DNA from: Dimorphilus gyrociliatus
Taxonomy: Eukaryota; Animalia; Annelida
Reading direction: 5' to 3'
Length of the DNA stretch: 64,000 nucleotides
Assembly (NCBI GenBank): GCA_904063045.1
Contig: CAJFCJ010000015.1
Span: forward strand, 995,923 to 1,059,922
Shown here: positions 1-12,300 of the stretch, in pieces
How the letters are laid out: every line of letters starts with the position of its first letter
Position numbering within the stretch: position 1 is the first letter of the stretch
The notes under the pieces: model-generated
Seen by the model: the letters and a program-made list of their open reading frames with translations, nothing else
Told to the model about the DNA's origin: nothing
Database searches by the model: none
Program-made: the position numbers and the translations under genes

Positions 1-487
1 AACCGTCAAAAATTATCTAAAACAAAATGGTGTACAAGGAGTTCACTGCTGTTTGGATTCAAGTCAATCTAAAATCAAAGATATCTATTATAAAATAGGT
101 TTTATAGATTTTATGAAGAAGAAAGAAGAGAGCAAAAGCGATATTTTAATCTTAAAATTGTAGATAAAGGAGAATATCTTCTTCCTCTTTATCTTTTTTC
201 TTCTTTTGCATTTGACACTATAGAAGTGATTTAAAAAAAAAGTCTATTTTCCTTAAAACAAATGAATATTTTTGTTTAAAAAACATAAAAGCTGAAAAAA
301 CATAAAAATAAAAAAAGAAGAAGAAAGGAATGGAATAAATTGCTTAATTAATAAATGTTAGGAGCTTTAAAGTTTATTTTCTATTGAATTCCAAATAAAA
401 AGTCTTTAACTTGTTTTGTTGATGTGTTTCCATGTTACACGCGCAGTTACGAACTCGTATTTTTGTTTGTTGCCGTAACGCCTATAT

Positions 488-1581
488 CTAAATGGGAGTA
501 ATCCTTAGAAGTCTTAAAGCAGATATTATGCAGAGTATAAGGGCAGCTACATTAAATGTACAAGAGCCTAAAGTATACTGTATATGACTTTGTATTCGAT
601 TTCTTATAGCTTTAAAGCAAGATGTTGTATAAGTGACTTCTGGATCTCCATCTATCATACATTTTCTCCAATTATAGACGGCTTTTATGCCTAAAGATCT
701 TGAATTCCTCTCAAACGGGTAACTAATTCCGTTAGACGATACACAACAACTCGGTGGATATCTAGGCCTAAAATCTATACCGGGATCTATAGTATTGCTG
801 GACCATTCACTATGTTGGAAAGAGTTAGGATCAGTAGAATAGTCGTTTATAGATTGCCTAACTCCGCAACACTTTAACTAAAATGATTAAAACTATATTT
901 TATATAGAATTTTATGAATTTATTTACATGAAATTGAGCTGTATCCCATGCAACTGACACTAGATTATCATCCAACTGCAATTCGCCATTGCGTAATAAT
1001 GGTTTAGATTTATAATATTCTGCAAGATGAATATGCAAGCCTTCGTTAAGTCTTTCGGTATTTTGCGTATGGAATTTTGATGCTAGAACTATAGCGGAAC
1101 TTTGCATCATGAAAACGATGTTTATGAGTAGGATATAAACTTCTAAGATAGTTCCAATGTTCCAGAGAGCGCCAAAAAAGCCGAAAACTATTAGAAATAA
1201 CTTTAATATTGTGCCTACTATAACCAAGATGTTGGCAATTGCTAATGAAGAATACTCGTCGAAATTAGCTGATTGATTAACTACGGAGAAAACTTTAATA
1301 ATGGGATCGTATCTTATTGTTGATAGGCTAAACGAAGATAAAAATAAAGTTATTAATCCAATAACGAAACTGATAACTTGGATTATAAGAAAGAGAAGAT
1401 GCTGTTTCGATAAGACGATTTTTTTCTGAAGTTTATTTTCATCCGATATAGGTTTATCTTCAGCCTCCTCTTCATTCAATCTTTCTTTCAATTGTATTTC
1501 TTTATCCGCTATATCTTCTTGAGTAGGTGGAGGAGGAGGGGGAAGGGGAAGATCTAAAGTAGAATCTGGGAGATTTATCAT
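488..1581 (-). CDS. Tetraspanin (2 exons: 928-1581 and 488-877)
   Basis: Exon 1 has three hydrophobic segments. A GT-AG intron (878-927) joins AQFH to LKCCGV, giving the tetraspanin CCG motif, followed by PPSCC, two further Cys and TM4, ending RITPI-TAG at 488. Start taken as the ATG at 1581; the track ORF starts at a TTG. Confidence 0.85.
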
Positions 1582-1831
1582 TATTCCCAATAATTCAAAT
1601 ATTTGAATAAGATTATTATGACTAAAATAAAAAATCCATTTATTTCTTTGCTCTGCTTTCTTTTTTCTACTATTGAAGTTCTTTCCTACTATATTCAATA
1701 TCAATGTAGAGTTAGGCCTACTAGTTCAATAGTGAAATTCACTGATGCATAAAGGGTAGGTAGTGGAGTATTATTAAAGTCTGAATCTAGATGATTTGAA
1801 AGAAATTGTTTTTTTTGAGCATTTATTAACA

Positions 1832-4222
1832 ATGAAATGTTTACTATTGTTAGTAATTTATCAGTTTTTATCCATTAATTGCACGGATATTTTTACATCA
1901 TTAACACATTTAAAAGATATAATTGAGAATGAAGAAATTCTTTTAAAAACTGTTAGTGACTACGTGACATCGGAAGAGGATAAAATAAATAACTTAGAAA
2001 GGTTAAAGATAATTATTTTCTCTTAAAAATATCGAATTTATTGTTTTATAAATAATAGATTCGTTGAATTATCTAAAGAAGAACCAATAAAGAAATCTCT
2101 GTTATCTAATAAAACAGTTGATGAATATCTATCTCATCCTTTAAACGCTTACTATTTGATAAAGAAATATGCTTTAAATTTGGAAAGATTAGCTCAAGTG
2201 GGAAATTACAATAAATCTCTTGTTGGTATGTTAATGGAATTTATAGTATTATTTATCTTATTATCAGTTAAATCGTTTTCTAAATATGAATTTTTTTTAA
2301 ACAGCAAACTTTCCAGACGAAACAGATATTGCAGGAGCTGCAGCAGGTATTATCCGACTACAAAGAACTTATCAACTATCTACAAACGACCTTGCTAATG
2401 GAAATATTAAAGGGTTTGTATACAAGGTAGTTTAGTTTTGATATTTTACACATTGATTTTTTATGTTTGTTTTTTAGTTTCAAAGCTGATCCGTTAAACT
2501 CTGACGATTGTTATAGATTGGGTGAATCGTCTAAGGAAAATTCAGAATTAGGTTTAGCTGTTCAATGGTTTAATAAAAGTATTGAGAAACTGCACGATGG
2601 GAGTAATAATAGACGTATAGAAGATATTGTTAGTCTCGTTGTGGATATGTTCCTACTGGTCAGTTTATTAAGTAATAATTGTAATAGTTATAATAATAAT
2701 TCATTTATTTAAAGATGGGTAATGGAAAAAAAGCTTTAGATATTTATAGTTTTGCTATAAAGACGGGTATGTACTTTCTTTTTATAAGCTAATAGATATA
2801 AACGTATATTCATTTTAGCTAAGAGTGATGAATCAAAGGAATTTTTTCAAGCTGAGCTTGATGACTATAATGAATTATATAAGGAAATTGATGTAGAAGA
2901 AAATAGTTCTATTCACGATGAATATTCATGGAGAAAGACAGAACCCGAGTGGAAAGTTAAATACGAAGAAATGTGTAGAGGACAATTTAAGCAAGTATGC
3001 ATATATTTAATATATAAATACTTTTAGTATAAAGAGTTATTACAACATTCCAAAAGAACAGCAAATATGCGAAACATTTAAGATGCCGATACGTTAAAAG
3101 TTCAACATGTCCTTACGAAATTTTTAAGCAAGAAATCCTTAGCTTCAGTCCATTTATATCTATGTTTCACGATATAATATCAGATAAGGAGGGCGAACTA
3201 CTTAAGGAATTGGCAAAACCAACAGTAAGTAGAATATATTATGTTAAAAGAGAGTGTTAATGAATAAACTTAAATGAACTCTGTTAAATAGTTGGAGAGA
3301 GCTCAAGTTGGTGTAGCTTCAAAACCAGAATTAACAACTCAGAGGATTGGAAAAGTGTAGTTATTTCATTTATTATATTAGTATTTTGAATAATATATTT
3401 ATCATATTAATCCGAATTTACTTAAATATAGAGGATGGGTTTGGGATAATTACGATGGTATAGGTGTTACAAAGTTATCAAATAGAGTTGCAAGGGCAAC
3501 AGGCTTGAGTACAACTTTTAGACATATCATGACAGATGCAGAACCGTTTCAAGTTGTTAATTACGGCGTAGGCGGACAATACGAGCCTCATACAGATTTT
3601 TACCTGGTGAAAATTAATTTATTAATTAATTAATACATTGATGATTTAATTAAATTATTAATCTTTTATTCTATTTCCATTCGAAACAAAATAGCAAAGA
3701 TCCGATTTAAATACAGTTCCCGAATTTTTACTGAATACTGGTGACCGTATAGCTACCTGGATGTTCTATTTGAGTACTATACATGCTGGTGGGGCAACAG
3801 TATTTCCAGACGTTGAGGTTGCTGTACCACCGATTAAGGTATTAATGAAAAAGTAAATTTTTTGAATGCTAAAAACTAAATAATTTTACAAGAATGCGGC
3901 GGCATTTTGGTATAATTTTGAGGAAGGGGGTGATATGGATATGAGGACAAGTCATGCTGGATGTCCTATTTTATTGGGACAAAAATGGGGTAATCTAAAT
4001 ATTTTATTCGATAATCAATGATTATAATAATATAATTTAATTTCTTTTGAAATAGTTGCTAACAAATGGATACGAGAATTTGGACAATTCTTTACTAGAC
4101 GTTGCCCAATAAGTGAATTTTTTGCCAATGAAGATAAATACTTATTGAGCTTGGGCTATAGTAAAAGGGAGATCGAAGAGATAAATTTTTATAGCGAAAG
4201 ACCACCGCAACCAGATCAATGA
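1832..4222 (+). CDS. P4HA: Prolyl 4-hydroxylase alpha subunit, multi-exon
   Basis: Signal peptide MKCLLLLVIYQFLSINC then DIFTSLTHL. The catalytic 2OG-Fe(II) exons contain QVVNYGVGGQYEPHTDF, DRIATWMFYL, GGATVFP, TSHAGCPILLGQKW and ANKWIREFGQFFTRRC; stop at 4220-4222. Internal exon edges were not all traced. Confidence 0.93.
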
Positions 4223-4423
4223 TAGGTTTCCATATTGATAAAATACACATTATGCTATATATTGAATAAAAATCCATTAATAGCTTTTGCATTGATTCAT
4301 CTTGAAAGCTATAAATGAAACAATTTACATGTCCTTGATCTATTTTAGAAGACATACAAAAGATTTGAATAGAAATTATGAGTGCTAATAATGTAGCGGA
4401 ACTATCAAGCTCTCTTTCTCTTC

Positions 4424-4444
4424 CTCTCTCTCTCTCTCTCTCTC
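4424..4444. repeat. (CT)n microsatellite
   Basis: Run of ctctct between P4HA and the first GPCR. Confidence 0.85.
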
Positions 4445-4701
4445 GCTCTCGCCGTGTATGAGCTACCATTTATATATACCCATTATATTCTACTTCTTTG
4501 TAACGATATTGTACGTACTACCCTGGAAAATTTTTTTTACATGTATTTTGAGAAGGGAACATTTAATAAATAAAAAATGGACGACCTATAATCATAAATG
4601 CACTTTTTAAAAGTATGAGCAAGGTTAAAGATACATTTCTATTTCACATATAAAACTTTCATATGACTTTTGAAACAAATAGCAGAAACATACAAAAATG
4701 A

Positions 4702-5751
4702 TCAAGTTTGGGATATTTCGCTTGGATATATCCTTGATCTTCTCCTCGTAAAATTGTATATTAAATCAGTGATACTACTTCTGCTCCTTTCTGAACGATT
4801 CGGAGTAAATTGTGGATCGTAACCAGAGAATGTTGTCATACTTGAAGAGCGTGAGTCGATTTCTTGGCAGTCGCACGATTTAATAAATTTTCTATACAAT
4901 TTCCCAAAAGCTGGTCGAAAGTCTGAAGTTTTAAAAGCGAATATCCATGGATTAACGGCACTGCATATCAAAGATAATACTGATAATAGCATGGACATGT
5001 TATTAGAGATTGGTCCAATCTCTGTAACTTGTAAAATATCAATAATTCTAAATGGACACCAAAAAAAGATATATACAGATAAAAGGATTGTTAATGCTTT
5101 AATACATTTCCTATTTCTAGAACGTTGACGGGCTTCAAGTGGTCCTAAAACAGCTGATTCTACGGCTTCTATAGCTCTTAACTGAACGGTAACAATTTTC
5201 CATATTCGAAAATATACTACAATAAGTACGATAACTGGAGGAATAAATAGAAGATTAAGCGAAATTACAAGGAGAAGGTCGTTTTCTTTACAGTTATTAG
5301 TTAATTTTGAGTAAATGAAAGGCAAAAAAGATAAAGTAATGGCATAAATCCAACAGAAAATAGTTACAATTATAACACGAAAAGTTGAAACTACTTGACT
5401 GTACGTTAAAGGTGATTTTATAGCCGTATAACGGTCGAAGGCAACTGCCGCAACATTCGTTATACTCAACCCACAAATAATTCTGGAAATTGTCAAGGCC
5501 AGAGAACAAAGTTTATTCATTTCTTCGTCATTTTCTTTTAGGTAGAATATAAGGGCGACTGGTGCGATTAATCCTATACACATATCCGTTACTGCTAACG
5601 AAACTATTGAATAATTACTTGTAGTTCGAATCTTGTGAAAGTATGCCATTGAAATTAATACTAAAGAATTCGAGAAGAATAATAACATTAATAATAGACC
5701 ACCGATAGCAACTAAAAAGGAAGAAGCAGAGAACCAAGATGATGATGCCAT
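4702..5751 (-). CDS. Rhodopsin-family (class A) GPCR, adenosine/amine-receptor-like, single coding exon
   Basis: 349 aa with 7 hydrophobic segments, SLAVTD in TM2, DRY, FFWCPF in TM6, NPWIF in TM7 and a Ser/Arg-rich tail. Confidence 0.9.
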   Translation of the reverse strand: MASSSWFSASSFLVAIGGLLLMLLFFSNSLVLISMAYFHKIRTTSNYSIVSLAVTDMCIGLIAPVALIFYLKENDEEMNKLCSLALTISRIICGLSITNVAAVAFDRYTAIKSPLTYSQVVSTFRVIIVTIFCWIYAITLSFLPFIYSKLTNNCKENDLLLVISLNLLFIPPVIVLIVVYFRIWKIVTVQLRAIEAVESAVLGPLEARQRSRNRKCIKALTILLSVYIFFWCPFRIIDILQVTEIGPISNNMSMLLSVLSLICSAVNPWIFAFKTSDFRPAFGKLYRKFIKSCDCQEIDSRSSSMTTFSGYDPQFTPNRSERSRSSITDLIYNFTRRRSRIYPSEISQT

Positions 5752-6372
5752 TGTAAACTGGTAAATATATATTTTATTTTCAATATTTCGATATATTCAT
5801 TCCATAGATTTCAATCTATTAAAAAAGTTAAAACATGTATTTTACATAAAATTAGGAAAGAAATAAGAAATTAAATATAATGTATAAAGCAAAAAACAAA
5901 AATTATCACATAATTAATAGACCTGGACTACAACGAAGCGACGAGTGACAGTTGAATTATGAAAGAAAAACTATTCTTCCGAGTACGCCTTTGATGAAGC
6001 GCCTCCAGTCTCCTACGTTATTATTGATCTGAGATGTAATATATATTCAATAAAGCCGACTCTCAATGCAATTAACAAGATTTTTATTGTATAGAATCCT
6101 AGAAATTTTCTTTTTTCGGTTTAGAAAAGATAATTAAATATGGTATACAGTTGAAAGGAAAAAGACCAGGGGAAATAGATAGGGAGGAAGAAAGGAGAGA
6201 GTGAAGAAATAGAATGAATAGCAATAACTTATGTAGTGACGCCGTTTCTATATAATAATATAATTGTATTTAATACTTAAACTGTATTGTATATATATAT
6301 ATATATTATATAACTTATTAATGAGCATTTCTGAAATTAATAAAGGTTAGATTCATTGTTTTATCATAAATG

Positions 6373-9300
6373 TTATGTCACTGAATAAAGTGGACTTCCA
6401 TCTTTTAAACTTACACTTTTTGTTGCCGACATTTTTATATCTGGAAGATGAATAGCCTCTCCTTCAGGCTTATTGGCTTTATATACTGGATTAATAAAGT
6501 CATTACTAACTGACAAACTACTATCTTCAGTAAAATCTTGTGTACTATTTCTAATTGGAGTTGTTCCGTCACTTCGGCTATAATTCTTCAAGTTCTGCCA
6601 TTTTCTATTCAGATTCTCACCAACTTCTGGTTTAAAGCGAATTATTGCTAAAATTATAATTACAATAAGGACTAAGCAGATGATAACTCCAATTGCTATA
6701 GCTGCTTTTGAACCACTTGATAAACCTTTTCTATTAGTTGGCTGTACCTGATCTATCGGCTTCGCTAAAAATAAATAGTGCAGTGTTAATTATTAAGGAA
6801 TTAGAGCAAATTTCCAATATTACTTGATAATTTTGTTGTTTGAGTTATACGAGTTGTCGATAATTTAAAGGTAGTCGTTCTTATACTTGTTGTAGTTGGC
6901 TTTTTCGTTGTAGTTGGTCGTTTTGTTGTTGTACGAGTTGTAGAAATTATAGTAGTTGTCTTTTTAGGAGTTGTTGGAGTTGTTGCCTTTTTCGTTGTAG
7001 TTTGAGTTGTTGAGACTGTTGTCTTCTTTGGCGTTGTTGGAGTCGTTGGCTTTGAAGTAGTCGTTTTTATTGTAGTCGAAGTCGGTAGAGTTGTGGTTTT
7101 CGTTGTAGGTGTTGTTGCAGATGTTTGATCTTGTGTAGTAAAATCCATAGATAAAGTTGTAGCTTTAGTCACTAAAGGTGTCGGCCTTGGATCAGTTTTA
7201 TTTGGTCCAGAAATATCTGAAACACAATAGGAATGGAATAAAATTCTAGGAAACGTTATCTCATACATTCATCATCCGTGTAAAATCTCCATTGAGCGTC
7301 TTCTGACGTAAATCTAATAACGTTTACATCGTGAACTTTATTACTAGGAATTTTCCAATCTATTAAGTATCCATCTGAATTTCCTTGCACTTGTAGCCTG
7401 TACTCAACGCTTTGAAGAGTTTGAGTAAAGTTCCAATTAATTGTAAAATTCTTCCACTTTTGACAATCTAAGAAATTTCCAATTATAGAATCTTCGTTGC
7501 GTCCTCCAATACTTGAACGTACGGCTAATCGTGAATTTCCATTGATGCCAATAGCCACTTCGTAAGTATTATTTTGTAAGTTGTTCTCATAGTTTGCTAA
7601 AGCTACGAAAGCATTTTTGCAACCTTTAATTGAAGCGATAATATTATTTCTTCCGCTAACTCGAACTGTTTCTTGATTGCTATAAGAGCTTTTGTCGTTG
7701 ATTGAGAATTGCACATAATTAACTGTAATTATAGTAAATGCTTTAATATATATAATCTGTTTATTACATAATTAGAACAAATAGTATACTTACTTTCGCT
7801 TCTTGAAGTTGTCCATACAGCATCTGAATTAGTTATCAAATCAGCAGACGTTATAGTTGCGATGTCGTTAGAAAATGATAACAGTGACTTTGATGTATAC
7901 GCTAAAAATAGATTTTGATTAATTTCTCCGTAGCCAATACGTAGTCCTTTAGACCAAGTCATCCACAGGCGTTTTTCTCCACAAGTGAATAAATTCGGAG
8001 TTTGCACTTTCTTGACTTCCGCTAATACATTGTTTTTTCTTACAAAGAGTATACTTTTATGATCAAAAGTATTCAAAATAGCTGATGCCATAATATTTGA
8101 ATCTTTATCGGTAAAAGTAATGTTTGCTTGTGAGCATGTCTTTATTTTTGTTGTTAATGACTTGGTCTTTACTTCGTATGGACCACTTTTCTTAGATTTT
8201 GATGTTTTAGAAACTAGTTGATCTTCTTCCAGATTGTTTAAATTCCAAATTCCTTCATTATCTTCAGTTTTAACGCTTATTGCTCTGACAACAATTGGTG
8301 GATAACGGAAGTAATGCTGAACAAATACGTTCGAATTTAAAACACCTCCTTTACCCAAAGTTATCGATTCTTTATCCCATTTAATCCATATTGTAGTCGG
8401 TATTGGACTATTTAGAATTTTAATATCGAAAGGATAATAAAAACTATCAGCCTGCTCTTTTATCATAAGTGCACTATTATCAAAGCTACCGTAAGAAAGT
8501 TCATAAGAAGAATTTCCAGAGATACCTTCACCGTTACTCAGAAGAATTATTGCATTCCTTTCAGCCGATACCTTTAAGATTGCATAGTTATTTTCAATAC
8601 TAGCCCAATATCTTGAATAAACTGACGAGTCAGGTGTATGAACAGTAATAGAGTTGACCTTATACTTCTCGAATCGAAATTTTCCAGTGCAAATATCTTG
8701 ACAGGAAGTACTCATGGCAAAGTGAACGCTTCTCACACGTCTTGTCGCATTTCTAAGAGTTATTATCGGCTGAGAAACTCCTCGATTTCCTATACCTAAT
8801 TGAATCTTGTTTTCCTCCCATGACAGCCAGAATGTTTTATATAGCGTATCACTCAGAATATTAGGAGTTTGGTTTTCCTCTAAATCGGTAGAATTTATAC
8901 TTCTCCTTATCACGCTTCGTTGATTGTCTTTTCCGATAATGATTTCGTAGGTTGTCGATGGATTTGGTGGAACTACTCCAACTTCTTCAGCTAGAGCAAT
9001 GTACGCATCGCTTTTAGCTCTGATTCTAAATTCCAGACTATTTGTTGATGAAATAATCCAACCGTTTTTATATTCTAACGTATTTGATGCTATTATTGTG
9101 TGAAAGGGTGATATAGATTCTTTATCTATTAACCAATCAGCGTCATTTCTAGTCGATGTTAGAGAAATGGCTTTTATATCTCGGACACTTGAGTTGTAAT
9201 TAAGAATTAAATCACCCCCAACAGACTCTCCTTTTCCCACACTTATCCTAGTCTTCGTCCATTCAATCCAGAACGGCCGACGTTCATCTGCCGATATCAA

Positions 9301-12300
9301 TTGGTCGTTATCAATATCTATCCTCTTCAAGGTATTTGAACTCTCTTTTAATTCTATAGCATTCTTTTCAAGAGATAATTTATACATTCCCATTGAAACT
9401 CCTAACCATTGATGGAGGCCTAGCATAACAATTTCATCAGATTTGACCTCAAAATTCAAAACGTTTATTATAGGTACAGTAACGTATGTTTGTAGTGCAT
9501 TGATATCTGATAGCGTCTTGGCCAGTAGTTGATAATCTGAAAGAAAAGTAATAATAAGCTTCTCTAAGGCGAATAGTTAAAACAAAAGCACAATTACGAA
9601 CTAGATGTTGAATGAATTTTCCATTCAGCCTCGAACCTTCGATCACCAGAGAAAGCTAATTCAGTAAATTCGCTTAAAAAGTTATTGTTTGTTGGAGTCC
9701 AAGTTAAAATTGTATTTTCATAGAATATTTCGCCAACTCCAAATTTCAAATCATTTATCCAACTTAGCCAGAATTTTGTAAACGCTCTACAATTAAGAAT
9801 ATCCGGAGTAACTTCTTCCTTTAGTTCCCGATTGCTTTGAAGGTCTCTAAGAATTGTATCCTTATTGCCATTGGCACCAATTTCCAGTTCAAGTCGAGCT
9901 CTTGTAGGATCTTTTTGAAAAATTCCTACATGACTCTGAGAACAAGAACGTATTGAGAAGAGGGTCTGTTTCGTATTGTCTATTCTCAAACGATGATTAT
10001 TATACTGATCATAAACTGCAGGTGATTGTAATCCAAAGATTTTTTCTATATAGAATGAAATTTTGAAGTATGAAATCTTAAAGACAAAAAGAAATCTTTA
10101 AAATATTCTTACCTTGGTCGGTTCCAAAGAAATATTCAGCCTTTACAATCCCATTTGAAGCTAGTGATAAAAAGTTAATTGGGAGCATGTCATTGGAGCT
10201 TTCAATGAATTCTATCACTGTTTCCCTTCCTACAACATGACCCCTTCCAAAAGATACTATATCGTGTTTCCAACTTAACCAGAAAGGACGTTTCTCTTCA
10301 TCACTTAAGATGTTTGGTGTGGGTGTTCGAACTTCTTCAATATTAGTGAATCTCTCCTTTTTCCTGCGAATTCTTGTCACAGTATTTATATAATCACCAA
10401 TTATTATTTCATAAATGACTTCTCTAGTATTTGTGGCAGTTTGTGATAAGATAAGTCTAGCTCCGTATCTACATCTTACCGAGAATAAAAATGTCTTATC
10501 AGACGGAGCAGTGAGGTGTGTATCTGGCAAATATGAATTTGGACTTTGATATGAATAAACCTCAGAGGAGAGATGTTTAGATATCAGCCAAGTTGCCGGC
10601 GAAAATATATCTCCAGTAAACGATAAAGCATTAGTATTAATCCAATTTTCAGAATCATCAAAAGTAATAACTTCCTTAGACCCCCAGCTCCCCCTACCCA
10701 ACTTAATAACTCCACTCTTCCAACTTATCCAAATTTTCTTCATTTCCTGTGAATTTACCAAATTAACTGTTTCATTGTGGTCTTTTATAACTTTGCCATC
10801 GATTATCTTTTGTACTTTGACGTATGAACCACCGAATGCAGCGCTTTTCATTGTTATTAAATAATAACGATCGGTTATATTTTCAGGATTTTCAATCAAA
10901 CTTATGTGGCAAACGGGAGAACTGAAGGGTAGTATTGAATAACCAGCTGTGACAGATAGTTCTATATATGGTTGGAGGGGTATCATCACGAATCTATCTA
11001 AATGATAGCTATTATGAGTTCTTGTGGATATAAGTTCCCCATCAGTAATTGGAGGTAATCGCCATTTTCCCATATAGCCATGTCCAGTTGAAAAAGAAAC
11101 TACTCTGATGTTATAGAGCGGTGCCATCTTCCAGGACATTAGTTTTCTTACTCCAACCTTAGTACCCTTTCCAAATTCGAGAAAACCATTTTTCCAGCTT
11201 ATCCAAAAGTTATTCCATCTCTGACTAGACACAAGGTTGGGATTTCCTGGAACTGAATGTAAAACTGGTCCAGATATACCGTTTCTAACTTCAATAACTT
11301 CATTTCTAGTACCTCCTATTGACACTTGATATGATCTGTAAGATGGAACTCTTGCGTATTCCTCCAGCAAGAGATAAACATATTTTGTGGTGAAAACATC
11401 AAACACAATTGAATCTCTATTAACAGTGTGCAGCTGTACTCGATTGAAACTTTTAATTCTTCCAGAATTCCACATTAAACTCCTTTCCGATCGCCTTTCA
11501 AACTGCCAATAACTAAAGCCAGGTGCAATTTGAACATCAGTGACTTCAAGTGGGAACTCTTCGTCAACATCTATTATTATGTTTTGTTCTATATCTGTTC
11601 CTATTCCCACGATCCATCTCTTCTTATCCCTATCTTTAGCAATAATCGATACCCAGAAAGGTCTATATTCACTACAATCTAATATTTTATCTGTAGAGTT
11701 TTGAGCAAGAATCACCTCCGAATTACCGTTTATACGTTTTAAAACTGTCTTGCTGTTTCTATCGGTACCGAAAATAAGTTTATGTGACGTTTCTTTTTCT
11801 GTTGCATTATCTACTTTAAATTCAAGTTGGGCGTTTCCACATGATTTGACTAAGAAACTAAACCAGGGACGCTTTTGCATAGACATTGAAAATCCAGACG
11901 TTCCAGTAACACTGAGCGTCGATGAAGTGAAATGATCAATGGCCCATTCGGATTCTTTATCATCCGAACTAATAGCTGTAACCGATGTAATATTATATAA
12001 GGAATGACCCCATTCAAGTACAACTTTTTCATTTATTGTTGAAGAAGTACCAAAACTTATCTGATCTATCCAGCTAATCCAAAAAAATCTCTTCTCAGTG
12101 CAACTTAATATGTTAGGTGTACTTACAGACACGAGCTTTTTATTACCAGCTACATCTTCTAGTTCAGTTTTCTCATTGTTCCTACCTACGTACAGAATAT
12201 AAACACCTCCATCATCTATTGTTCTTCCAAAGGTTATTTCTACGTTTTGGCATGCTCTTACAGCAAATAAAATCCAATGTTTGAAAGTTGACTTCATACT

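Noticed and set aside
4095-4469. 124-aa minus-strand ORF with RERERE
   Set aside because: Produced by a (CT)n microsatellite and antisense to the last P4HA exon.
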